A stretch of 64,000 nucleotides of DNA, from assembly GCA_037447605.1 (NCBI GenBank), contig CM074815.1, forward strand, positions 2,232,001-2,296,000, given 5' to 3'. Positions 38,778 to 50,434 of the stretch are shown piece by piece. Both the position numbers and the translations under genes were made by a program. Source of the stretch: Zygnema circumcarinatum SAG 698-1b (taxonomy: Eukaryota; Plantae; Zygnematophyceae). Numbering within the stretch: the stretch's first letter is position 1; each line of letters starts with the position of its first letter. Below the pieces are notes generated by a model, which ran no database searches, had not been told where the DNA came from, and saw nothing but the letters and a program-made list of their open reading frames with translations.

Positions 38778-40469
38778 TTACTCGGCCGCATAGTGAGGGA
38801 GCGCCCGCAGCTCTCCGGTCTGCAGCGCAAATCCGCGATGCCTCGCGAGGGCCTCCGAGAGAGGAGGGTTCAGGGAGGGGTTCAGGGCGAAGAGAGAGGA
38901 GGGAGAGGGAGAGGGAGAGGGAGAGGGTGAGGGAGAGGGCGCGCAGGGGATGAGGCCCGCCCCGCAAAGGGTGGCCTGGAGGATCTGGAGGGTGTCGCCA
39001 TGGCTCACAAACAGGATGGCGTGCCTGCAGCCAGGGGGAGAGTCAATGGGGGTCAATGGAGGTCAATGGGGGTCAATGGGGGTCAATGGAGGTCAATGGG
39101 GGTCAATGGGGGTCAATGGAGGTCAATGGGGGTCAATGGAGGTCAATGGGGGTCAATGGAGGTCAATGGGGGTCAATGGAGGTCAATGGGGGTCAATGGG
39201 GGTCAATGGAGGTCAATGGGGGTCAATGGAGGTCAATGGGGGTCAATGGAGGTCAATGGGGGTCAATGGGGGTCAATGGAGGTCAATGGGGGTCAATGGA
39301 GGTCAATGGGGGTCAATGGGGGTCAATGGGGGTCAATGGGGGTCAATGGAGGTCAATGGGGGTCAATGGAGGTCAAGGTCAATGGGGGTCAATGGAGGTC
39401 AATGGGGGTCAATGGAGGTCAATGGGGGTCAATGGAGGTCAATGGGGGTCAATGGAGGTCAATGGGGGTTAATGGAGGTCAATGGAGGTCAATGGGGGTC
39501 AATGGAGGTCAATGGGGGTCAATGGGGGTCAATGGAGGTCAATGGGGGTCAATGGAGGTCAATGGGGGTCAATGGAGGTCAATGGGGGTCAATGGGGGGT
39601 GGGGATCAATGGAGGTCAATTGGGAGGGTCGATGGAGGTCAATGGGGGGGGGGGTCAATGGAGGTCAACGGGAGGGGATCAATGGAGGTCAATGATGGGG
39701 TCAATAGAGGTCAATGGGGGTCAATGGGGGGTCAATAGAGGTCAATTTGGGGGGGGGTCAATGGAGGTTGGGTCAATGGAGGTAAACGGGGGGATCAATG
39801 GAGGTCAATGGGGGTCAATGCCGGGCGGGCAATGGAGGTCAATGGTCAATGAAGGTCAATTGGGGGTCAATGAGACCCAACGAGGGTCAATGGGAGTCGA
39901 GAGGGTTTGATGATGTTCAAAAGGGGTCAATGGGGGTCAAGTGGAAAACGATTCAAACGATTCAGATTGGATCCATCAAACGTCCGGTAGAAGTGAGGAT
40001 GTATTTCCAAGGTGGATTATAGATCGCGATTCCACTCACTTGTCATACTGCGATTCCACCTTTTGAACCAAGGAGGTGACTCTCCTGGACACGTCTACCA
40101 CACTCTCTCCCCCTGCGGGAGGGACCGTTGGATCACACAGATCTGACATCCAAATACTGCTGTACTGCACGCCCAGAAAACATGGCTTGATGGACATGGT
40201 TTGATTTCTAGGGCTGAGTCAAGTTTCTAGAGAGTGAAAGAGAGGGAGGGGAGGGGGAGACGGAAAGAGAGGAGAAGAGGGAGGAGAGGAAAAGAGAACG
40301 AGAGAGACGAAGGGGCGCGAGAATGGCAGAAGAGAGGGAAGGCGGAAAGAGGGAGTGAGTAGGAAAAGGCGTGACGAGTAGAGAGAGTGAGATAAAATTG
40401 ATGGAGGGGAAAGGGTTGAGTAAGAGGGAGAGGGGAGAGAGAGAGCGAGAGCGAGAGAGAGAGAGAAAA

Positions 40470-40500
<31 letters not shown>

Positions 40501-42732
40501 AAGAGAGAGTCTTTTGGCAAGACGCTGTGCACCTGGTCATGTGAACCGAGTTCGAGGTCGGGGCCAAAGTATCGCTCTTGGAGCTCATTCACAGTCTGCA
40601 ATCATTACAGCCATTATTGCTTGTTGATTTTGACGTTGACTTTGACTTTGACTTCAGTAAATGGACAATCACGATGACGATGGCCATGATCTGCAAGGCC
40701 GGATGACCGCTCACTTTCCCCCTCTGTCTCCCTCTCCCTCCCACTCCCACTCTCTCTCCCCCTCCCGCTCTCTCCCACTCTCCCTGCTTCTCTCCCTCTC
40801 TCTCTTTCCCACACTCCCTATCTTCACTTCCTATCTCCCCTCCAACTCACACAGAAAGCAAGGTCCCATATACACGTGACTTCAAAAGGCTTAAATTACA
40901 TAGTTTGTAATTAAATTCGACAAACCCATAGTTGCCATCCGGACTATGTTGTTAATATTTTCCATTTACCATCCTTAACTCACACATTTTATCTTTTCTC
41001 AAAATTAGAGCTCCCATACCAGCAAGCGCTCGTCCTCAAGTGGCCAATCGAGCGCATCTGCAACGGCTCGAGCAGTCATTTGCGTACGACTGAACGGAGA
41101 AGCATAGATCCGCACACGGCTCAAGGGAATGCCTTCAGCTTCTAAAGCCTGCAGGATATGCATGCAGGGTTCAGGGTTCAGGGTTCAGGGTTTAGGGTTT
41201 AGGGTTCAGGGTTCAGGGTTCAGGGTTCAGGGTTTAGGGTTTAGGGTTCAGGGTTCAGGGTTCAGGCTTTAGGGTTTAGGGTTCAGGGTTCAGGGTTCAG
41301 GGTTCAGGGTTCAGGGTTTAGGGTTTAGGGTTCAGGGTTCAGGGTTCAGGGTTTAGGGTTTAGGGTTTAGGGTTGGTTCAGGGTTCAGGGTTCAGGGTTT
41401 AGGGTTTAGGGTTCAGGGTTCAGGGTTCAGGGTTCAGGGTTCAGGGTTCAGGGTTTAGGGTTTAGGGTTTAGGGTTTAGGGTTTAGGGTTTAGGGTTCAG
41501 AGGTTAGGTTAGGGTTTAAGGTTCAGGGTTTAGGGTTGAGGGTTTAGGGTTCAAGATTTAGGAGGATTGAGGGTTTAGGATTGAGGGTTTAGGGTTCAAG
41601 GTTCAGGTTCAGGATTCAAGGTTCAAGAAACAAGGTTCAGGATTCAGGGCCCTGAGTTTGAAGTTCAGGATTCAGGGATTCAACGTCTTGAGTTCAATAT
41701 TTACGGTTCAGGGTTTAAGATTCACTGTTTAGGGTTCAGAACTTATGAAGAATTTGAGCTTCAGGGTTCAGAAAATAGGGCCTGTGTTAGTTTCTAACAG
41801 AAACCTCAGGGTTTATTGTTCAAGAGTTAAGGTAAAGAAAAAAAAAGGGGTTTAGGGTTCAGGGAAGCCCCCTGACCTCCCTGAACTTGAGGCCTGCCGC
41901 CGCCGCCTGCTCGAGCCCTAAAGGCGCCAGTCCGTACTCTGCCAGCTGGCCGTTCGCCTGCAAAGCACTGGCCGCCCCCTCAATTTGCTTAAAATGAAAT
42001 ATTTACACAAAATAAGGGACTAGCTTGAAGCCCTGACGAGGCGAGCAGGGCAAATTTTTAGGGTTTCCCTGTACTTAGGGTTCACAGTTTTCGAGGCAGT
42101 AGGGTTTCTAGGGTTTGCCAACATTAGGGTTTCGGGTTCAAATGCGTCAACATTAGAGTTTAGGGTTTTAGTATAACAAAACTGGGTTTAAGGTTTTTAG
42201 CTAGACAGCTTTAGGGTTTAGGGTTTTAGTGCGGAAAAATTAGGGTTTAGGGTTTGAGCTTTACAGAATCAGGGTTCAGGGTTTTAGTGCGGCAAAATTA
42301 GAGTTTTGAGTTTGAGTTTGACAAAATCAGGGTTTAGGGTTTTAGCCTCTCTACCAGCGAGCTGACGATGCGGTTGGCCTCATTGGCGCGGCTCCGGCCG
42401 TGCCGCAGCAGCCAGTAGCGGTTGGACAGCTGGCCCCCGCCCGGGCCCCCCAGCGCGCTGAACCCTAAACCCTCCGCCACGTCAGCAGCCTGCGCGGGCC
42501 GCCCAGCGAGCAGCCCCGCCATGGCCGCGATCAGGGCGCGGCGCGAGAAGGGAGGCGCGCTGTCGTCGTTTTGCGGGTCCGGCTGCAACCGGCAAGTGAC
42601 ACGTGGCAAAGTGCCACGTGGCGGACGAGGAGTGGGGAGGGGGGGTAAGGGTGGGAGAAAGGGAGAGGCGCTGCCGCCACGTGTCAGCAGGAGGGGAGAG
42701 GAGAGGAGGTTGCCACGTGGTAGGGCAGCCAT
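38778..42732 (-). CDS. Histidine phosphatase / phosphoglycerate-mutase-like protein with a predicted bipartite plastid/Tat presequence
   Basis: Spliced motifs NRYWLLRHGRSRANE, ENGQLPQYGLAPLGLEQA, YASPFSRTQMTA, LQERYFGPDLEL, GGESVVDVSRRV, HAILFVSHGDTLQILQ; stop at 38778. Confidence 0.88.
39041..39940. repeat. 10-bp minisatellite (GGTCAATGGR)n in the last intron of the PGM-like gene
   Basis: Regular to ~39600, then progressively degenerate. Confidence 0.95.
41168..41560. repeat. Intronic mixed (TTCAGGG/TTTAGGG)n telomere-like array
   Basis: Directly visible 7-mer tandem repeats. Confidence 0.92.
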
Positions 42733-43024
42733 GGAGGAGAGGGAGAATACTTAGTAATGTTACATGTCTACTTACTAATGTTACATGTCTTTATCGAGGG
42801 AGGAATAATGTGACCCCGCCCGGTTGTAGCCTTGCCCGATAGTCGACAAGCAATATATTGTGACACCTTTATCAATACGATACGATATACCGTACAATGT
42901 CGCCTATACCGGCACGGCAGTCCCGAAAACGGCCCCCCCTCGGGGCCCCGACGGCCGCCGGCAAAATAATTGACGGCCTCTCTGCCGGCCGTTCAGCCGG
43001 CCGGTTTGGTTTCGCCGGCAGCAA

Positions 43025-43820
43025 ATGACGTCCCGCCGCGTGGCGCTTCTAGCTTCGCGGGGACCAATGGCGGCCCGCCGCGTGGCGGTTTTGGCGTATT
43101 TGGGTGGTGTGAACGTGGCGGGCGCCGGCGCGTTCTGGTACGACAAGAAGTGCGCGGAGGCCGGCACGTGGCGGGTCAGCGAGGACACGCTCTGCGCCAC
43201 GGCGCTGCTGGGGGGATGGCTGGGCGGCATGTACGGACGGACGGCCCTGAACCCTGAACGGGTCTGGGGTTAGGGTTTAGAGGTTTAAGGTTTGGGGTTA
43301 TGGTTTAGGGTTTAAAGTTAGGGTTTAGGGTTTAGAGCCTAAGGTTTGGGGTTTAGAGTTTAGGGTTAGAGTTTAAGGTTTAGGGTTTAAAGTGGAGGGT
43401 TTGGGTTATAGGGTTAAGGGTCAGGGTCAGGGTTTTAGACCCCCATTAATCCTTCAAATGATTTTGAAGAGTTCGATTCAAAAACCAAATCAAACCATTC
43501 TAACATGTAAATTTTATTTTATTCAATTTGCAGGTGGGCGATGCAGCAGTTTCGGCACAAGACTAAAAAAAAAAGCTTTCAAGAGGTGTGTTTACATTCT
43601 GAGACTGCACCCTTTTACTTTTATGTCTTTCGCTGAAATATGTCTAGATTTGGAAATTATATATAATATATTTTGAAATCAATTCTTGGGTTTTGGGATT
43701 TTCCAGAAATATTACGCTGCGGTCGGATTGAACGTGGCAGCATTCGGAGGGGGACTCGCCTCTACTTCCTACGGAAAACAAATAATTACCAAACTGGCCC
43801 GAGGAAAGCTTCGACTGTAA
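43025..43820 (+). CDS. DUF1294 (YsdA-like) small membrane protein
   Basis: Three exons: ...NVAGAGAFWYDKKCAEAGTWRVSEDTLCATALLGGWLGGM | WAMQQFRHKTKKKSFQE | KYYAAVGLNVAAFGGGLAS...KLRL*. Start could be 43025 or 43067. Head-to-head with the PGM-like gene (~290 bp). Confidence 0.85.
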
Positions 43821-44226
43821 CTAAATTTATTGCTCTCTTGGACATTCTTTTGTTTAGGAGGAGACTTTTGCCACGAATTCTCGTTAGAAAAAATTAAATT
43901 TGATCGAAAACTCGAAAAATTCTAAAGGCTCGATGGACCGAAAAAGAAGCTGTGGGGAGCTCTATGTGGCGTAATGCAGTAAATTTCTCGTCCTTGGTAC
44001 GGGTTTCCATGTAGCCGTTAGCGTCGTACAGAACGAAACAGTCCCTTCTTGGTGTTTTATGTGTCTTTTGTCGCGTTGCCGACCACAGACATTCCATGGG
44101 ATGTTCTGTTTCAGTTTTGAGTCATTTGAGTCATACTGTTTACAGTTGGGGGGTGCACGGAACCTCGAGAGAGTCATCACTTGCATGGATGTGATGTTTA
44201 CAATGTCTGTGTTTATTGCAAAGAGG

Positions 44227-44263
<37 letters not shown>

Positions 44264-44749
44264 CGTGTCAGTCAATCATTCGTTCCTTGTGGCACTCTTA
44301 CAAAAGTAGCCAAGGGCTATGTCTAGTGGTGCTGTTGTTGTGAGAGTGTCATGGGTGGACCCAGGCATGAAGGACGGTTGGGCAACTTGGGTGTGTTTGG
44401 GAGTGCTAGGAACACGCTCAAGGCCAACTTTTCATGTTTGTTCACTTCTTCAACTATGTTGCACTATGTACCAACATGGTTCACATTTGGCTCTTCCTTT
44501 TCGATTCCCAACAATAGGACTCATCAATCTTAGAAATAAAATGTTGGGGGTTCGCCTGAGGAGTTCTTTCAAAAGTAGTACTCTTTTGCTCCTCTTTTGT
44601 GAGTACAAAGTAACATGAGACACGTAGTAGTTTCTAAGTATACTTTTCCTTACTTCCCTATTTCCCTTCCCAAGATTGGCAAGTAGTAGCCCACAAGTCG
44701 TATGTTTTTGTTTTTTACGCCTTGTTTGTCGAAAAAGTACATTCCCACG

Positions 44750-46845
44750 CTAAACTGAGGGTCCTAGAACCCCTGTCCCTCTTGTTAGTTTCCCCAACAT
44801 ATTTGCAGCCTCAGCATGGGATTGGTCTGCCGCCTTTGTGAGCATTTTCACCGCTCGTTCCATGTCCTTTTGAATGATTCCGTTCCCGTTAGCAAAAATC
44901 ACGCCCAACTGAAACTGTGCGTGTGCATATCCTTGATCCGCCGCCTTTTGAAGCAACTCTACAGCGCGATTCATGTCTTGTGTAACACCATCACCGGTCA
45001 TGTACAGTATCCCTAAATTGAACTGAGCCAAAGGATAGCCATTCTCTGCAGCGTGCATAAAAAGCTGAACGGCCCGTTCTATGTCCTTGGGGACTCCATC
45101 TCCCATAGCGTAGCTCGCACCTAAATTGATCTGGGCATCAAAATCGCCATTTTCTGTAGCGCACATATATAGTCGAACGGCCCGTTCCATGTCCTTGGGG
45201 ACTCCATTTCCGTTAGCGTAGCACCAACCTAAATAGGACTGCGCATCACTGTCTCCCTGATCCACTGCCTTTTGAAGCAACTCTACACCGCGATTCATGT
45301 CTTGTGTAACACCACTACCGGTCATGTACATTCGCCCTAAACTGCACTGGGCCATAGGATGGTCATTCTCTGCAGCGCGCATGAAAAGCTGAGCGGCTCG
45401 TTTTATGTCCTTGGGGACTTCATATCCGTTAGCGTAGCACACACCTAAATTGAACTGGGCTGCAAAATTGCCATTCTTTGCAGCGCGCATATAAAAGTGA
45501 ACGGCCCGTTTCATGTCTTGGAGGACTACATCTCCGTTCTCGTAGCACACACCTAAATTGAACTGAGCCTCATGACAGCCATTCTCTGCAGCACGCATAA
45601 AAAGCAGAACGGCCCGTTCCATGTCCTTGGGGACTCCATCTCCGATAGCGTAGCACACACCTAAGAGGAACTGCGCATCACTGTCTCCCTGCTCCGCCTT
45701 AATCCTGTATTCACGCACCATCTTCGGCTCGGACGGCAACTCTTCTTCTTCTTTTTTTCCACTCCCCCAAAATTCCCAGAACTTTTTTGTTCCTTCTTTT
45801 TCGGGTGCAGGCGTTTGTGCTGATCCTATTGACTCCGGTTGCTTTCCCTTCTTTGCATCCTTTGCTGCTTTTTCCAACCGAGGCAGCACATCGCTCTCAA
45901 GACTTGGGCGAAGAGACCTCTCCTCCTCCACGCACTGCAGTGCCACGTGGAGAGCTGCCTTCGTTGACTCCCGCCCCCACTCCCCTGCCTGCGGGTCCAA
46001 CTTTACCATGAAGATAGCTGCTGCCTTCTTCAAATCGAGCTTTGAATGAGCTGGCCCGCACTTCTCAAGGAGTCCATGAACGTTCTGAATATTAGGGTCG
46101 CCCGTGAGCAGCTGCAAAATGATGAGGCCGAGGGCGTACACGTCGGCAGTGGCTGTGAGCAGTCCCTTTCGTGCATGCTCTGGTGCGATGTACCTATCAG
46201 CAGGCAGAAAGCGGGGGAATTCGGGGAGATGAATAAATCCCGTCATTGTAAGAAAGCAGAGGATGACGTTAAGGAACAAGAAATAGATTGGAACATGATG
46301 TACCCGAAAGTGCCTGCCTTATTGCGTGTTTGGATTGTGCCGTCGAACATTCGAGCCAGGCCCATGTCCGCCAGCTTGGAGGTGAGGTTTCCGTCCAATA
46401 GCACGTTCTCCGGCTTCAAATCGCGGTGTATGATTCCTTTCTTATGCATAAACAAGAGAGCGGATGCCATTTCGGCAGATATTCGGATGCGGTCCGCCCA
46501 ACCAAGGGGGGGAAACTTGGCAGCAGGGCCGCTCAGGCGGTCCTGGAGGCTTCCTCCGCTCATGAGCTCGCTCACAATGCAGCGCGCTTTGGGGCACCAT
46601 CCCATGAACTGTAAAATGTGGGGATGGCGCAGCCTGCTTAAAGCCGCCACCTCCTTCTCAAGTCCCGTCATAGACTTGCCCTCCTGCAGTCTCTTTACCG
46701 CCACAGGGGTGCCGTGCAGCTTGCCTTTGTAGACCGATCCAAAGCCTCCTTCTCCGAGCAGGTTTGTCTTGGAGAAGCGGTCGGTGATCTCCGCAATAAG
46801 GCTTTCCGAGAAGGTGTCAGCAGAGACATTGTGGGCCGTGTCCAT
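44750..46845 (-). CDS. RLK/Pelle-type cytoplasmic Ser/Thr kinase fused to ~8 Sel1-like repeats
   Basis: Exons 46845-46304 and 46193-44750. GEGGFG, VAVK, HRDLKPEN, DMG, GTFG|YIAPE, DVYALG, then 36-aa AQFxLGxxYxxGxGVxxDxxRA repeats. Confidence 0.92.
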
Positions 46846-47349
46846 CAGAGGGAGGGAGAGAGGGAGGGAGGAAGGGAGGGAGAGCGATACAGAGAGAGAG
46901 GGGGAGAGACAAAGGGAGAGAGAGGGGAGAGGGGAGAGGGAGAGAGAGGGGTGAGAGGGTGAGAGGGTGAGAGGGAGAGGGAGAGAACTGGAGAGCGAAA
47001 GAGAGCGAGGGAGTGGGAGGGCGAGGGAGCGAGAGAGCGAGAGAGGGAGAGGGAGGGAGAGGAGGAGAGAAGGGATGAAACGATGACAGGGTTACGGGCA
47101 CGGTCGATGCTTCCTCCATACAGACCGTACAATAAGTACAGTACTGTACAGTACCAGATGTACGATTCGATTCGTACAGATCGGTGCAACGGAACGGTAT
47201 CCGATTACGGCGGAGCGTGTTCTATGTCGTGTCATTTACGATTTAACAAACCGACTGTTCTATGAAAATGTTTACGAAATTCGCAACAGGTGACCATGTG
47301 ACTGCTTCTCTCTCTCTCTCTCTCTCCCTCTCTCGCTCTCTGTCTCTCC

Positions 47350-48408
47350 ATGGAGGAGGCAGCGGAGGAACATTCTCATGAAGAGAGTGACGATGTCGCA
47401 GGCGGATTTGCCGACAGCAGAGGTCCGCGCCATGCAAAAAACGATTTATAAAGAAAAATTAACGAAGAAGTAAACGAGGAATTTAAGATAAGAGCACGAG
47501 GAGCTGAAGGAAAACGAATGTCGACCTTTCTGACGGAAATAAATAAATAAATGTCAAGCATTGGCGCTCGCCTTTGGAAACAATTTTTTTCCCTCAATCG
47601 CCCCCCCTCCACCTCCCTCCTTTTTATTTTTAATTTCAACTTTTTTAGGGTTTCCAGGACGCGGCAAAAAGTCGTTGACTTCTCATCCGCGGCGGCACAT
47701 CGCGCTGCAAATCATGTACCTCGGAGGGAGGTACTCTTTCTGAATTCTCCCCCTTTTTTGGTCATCTTGTGCCCCAAAAACCCTAAGTCTGAATCCTAAA
47801 CCCTAAACCCAAAACACTAAACCCCAAACCCTAAATCTTAACCTTTAACCCTGAAATTTAGGCCCTAAACCCTAACCCTAAATCCTACACCCTAAATCCT
47901 AAACCGTTCCTTGATACACCACCGTTCCATGTGCTGCATTCTAGATACTTTGGGTTCGCATCGCAAGAGGGGTCAAAGCCGACAGTCGAGGTGAAAGCCC
48001 TCTCCCTCCTCCTCTCCCTCTCTCCCACTCCCTAACCCACACCTCATTCATCCTCCCTCTTCCCACCCCCCTCCCCTTCCTCCCTCCTCCCTCCTCCCCT
48101 CTCCCCTCTCTCGCTTCCACCCTTCCACATCTTTGTTCCCTCCCCTCCTCCCTCTCTCCCTTCTCTTCCCCTCCTCCTTCCTCTCTCCACTCTCCCTTCC
48201 CCTCTCCTCCCCTCTCCTCTTTCTCCCTCCCCACCTCTTCCCCCTCCTCCCTCCCCCTCTCTCACGCAGCCTCCTCGCCTCTCCCGCAGAGGGAGCTGTT
48301 TGCAGCTTTGGAGCGAACAAAGCTTCTGATTGGCAGCCGGCCGGAGGCGAACTATTCGCGATGTGGCCGCACTGACAAAGGGGTCAGCGCGCACTGCCAG
48401 GTAGAAGG

Positions 48409-48444
<36 letters not shown>

Positions 48445-50397
48445 GAGGCAGGGAGTGGGAGGGAGAGGGATCGAGTGAGAGAAAATGAGGGGGGAAAGTA
48501 GAATGCCCTTTTCATTGAAAGTTTCATTACATTTTCCCTCCCCCCAAACTCTAACCTTGCTTTCACTCCGCCCCCCTTCTCTCCACCCCTCCCTCTCCCC
48601 TCTCTCCCTCTCCCTCCCTCTCCTCTCCCTCCCTCTCCCTCCCTCGCCCCCTCTCCCTCTCCCTCTCCCTCCCTCTCCCCTCCCTCCCCCTTCCCTGCAG
48701 GTCGTAGCTCTCTACCTCCGCTCCGCTCTCCCTCAATATCGTCCCTCAGAGGAGGTGCGCTCACGACATCATTCGCCGCCTGCGCATCATCTTATGTACG
48801 GCAGAGGGCCCGCCCTCCAGGAGGTGATGTCGCCGATGTATGATGTCGCCGATGTGTGATGTCGCCGATGTGTGATGTTGGGCCGCGCATCATCAGGGAC
48901 CTCTTCAGGCGGAGGGAGTCGAACTTGGGGCTACGGAAAGTGGAATTTTGAGGAATGGGGTCGGAAAATGGGGTATAAGGGGGGAGGGAGAGGAGGAGGA
49001 CAGACTGGAGGCTGCGAGAGCCTGCAGGGAGGAGGAGGCACACGTGGNNNNNNNNNNAGAGAAGGGATGAAACGATGACAGGGTTACGGGCACGGTCGAT
49101 GCTTCCTCCATACAGACCGTACAATAAGTACAGTACTGTACAGTACCAGATGTACGATTCGATTCGTACAGATCGGTGCAACGGAACGGTATCCGATTAC
49201 GGCGGAGCGTGTTCTATGTCGTGTCATTTACGATTTAACAAACCGACTGTTCTATGAAAATGTTTACGAAATTCGCAACAGGTGACCATGTGACTGCTTC
49301 TCTCTCTCTCTCTCTCTCCCTCTCTCGCTCTCTGTCTCTCCATGGAGGAGGCAGCGGAGGAACATTCTCATGAAGAGAGTGACGATGTCGCAGGCGGATT
49401 TGCCGACAGCAGAGGTCCGCGCCATGCAAAAAACGATTTATAAAGAAAAATTAACGAAGAAGTAAACGAGGAATTTAAGATAAGAGCACGAGGAGCTGAA
49501 GGAAAACGAATGTCGACCTTTCTGACGGAAATAAATAAATAAATGTCAAGCATTGGCGCTCGCCTTTGGAAACAATTTTTTTCCCTCAATCGCCCCCCCT
49601 CCACCTCCCTCCTTTTTATTTTTAATTTCAACTTTTTTAGGGTTTCCAGGACGCGGCAAAAAGTCGTTGACTTCTCATCCGCGGCGGCACATCGCGCTGC
49701 AAATCATGTACCTCGGAGGGAGGTACTCTTTCTGAATTCTCCCCCTTTTTTGGTCATCTTGTGCCCCAAAAACCCTAAGTCTGAATCCTAAACCCTAAAC
49801 CCAAAACACTAAACCCCAAACCCTAAATCTTAACCTTTAACCCTGAAATTTAGGCCCTAAACCCTAACCCTAAATCCTACACCCTAAATCCTAAACCGTT
49901 CCTTGATACACCACCGTTCCATGTGCTGCATTCTAGATACTTTGGGTTCGCATCGCAAGAGGGGTCAAAGCCGACAGTCGAGGTGAAAGCCCTCTCCCTC
50001 CTCCTCTCCCTCTCTCCCACTCCCTAACCCACACCTCATTCATCCTCCCTCTTCCCACCCCCCTCCCCTTCCTCCCTCCTCCCTCCTCCCCTCTCCCCTC
50101 TCTCGCTTCCACCCTTCCACATCTTTGTTCCCTCCCCTCCTCCCTCTCTCCCTTCTCTTCCCCTCCTCCTTCCTCTCTCCACTCTCCCTTCCCCTCTCCT
50201 CCCCTCTCCTCTTTCTCCCTCCCCACCTCTTCCCCCTCCTCCCTCCCCCTCTCTCACGCAGCCTCCTCGCCTCTCCCGCAGAGGGAGCTGTTTGCAGCTT
50301 TGGAGCGAACAAAGCTTCTGATTGGCAGCCGGCCGGAGGCGAACTATTCGCGATGTGGCCGCACTGACAAAGGGGTCAGCGCGCACTGCCAGGTAGA

Positions 50398-50434
<37 letters not shown>

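Noticed and set aside
38950-39910. ORFs with MGVNGGQW repeats
   Set aside because: A stop-free 10-bp satellite is open in all frames; it lies antisense within an intron.
41168-41560. True chromosome end or fusion site
   Set aside because: Short, mixed-motif array inside an intron of an intact gene, with many similar arrays nearby.
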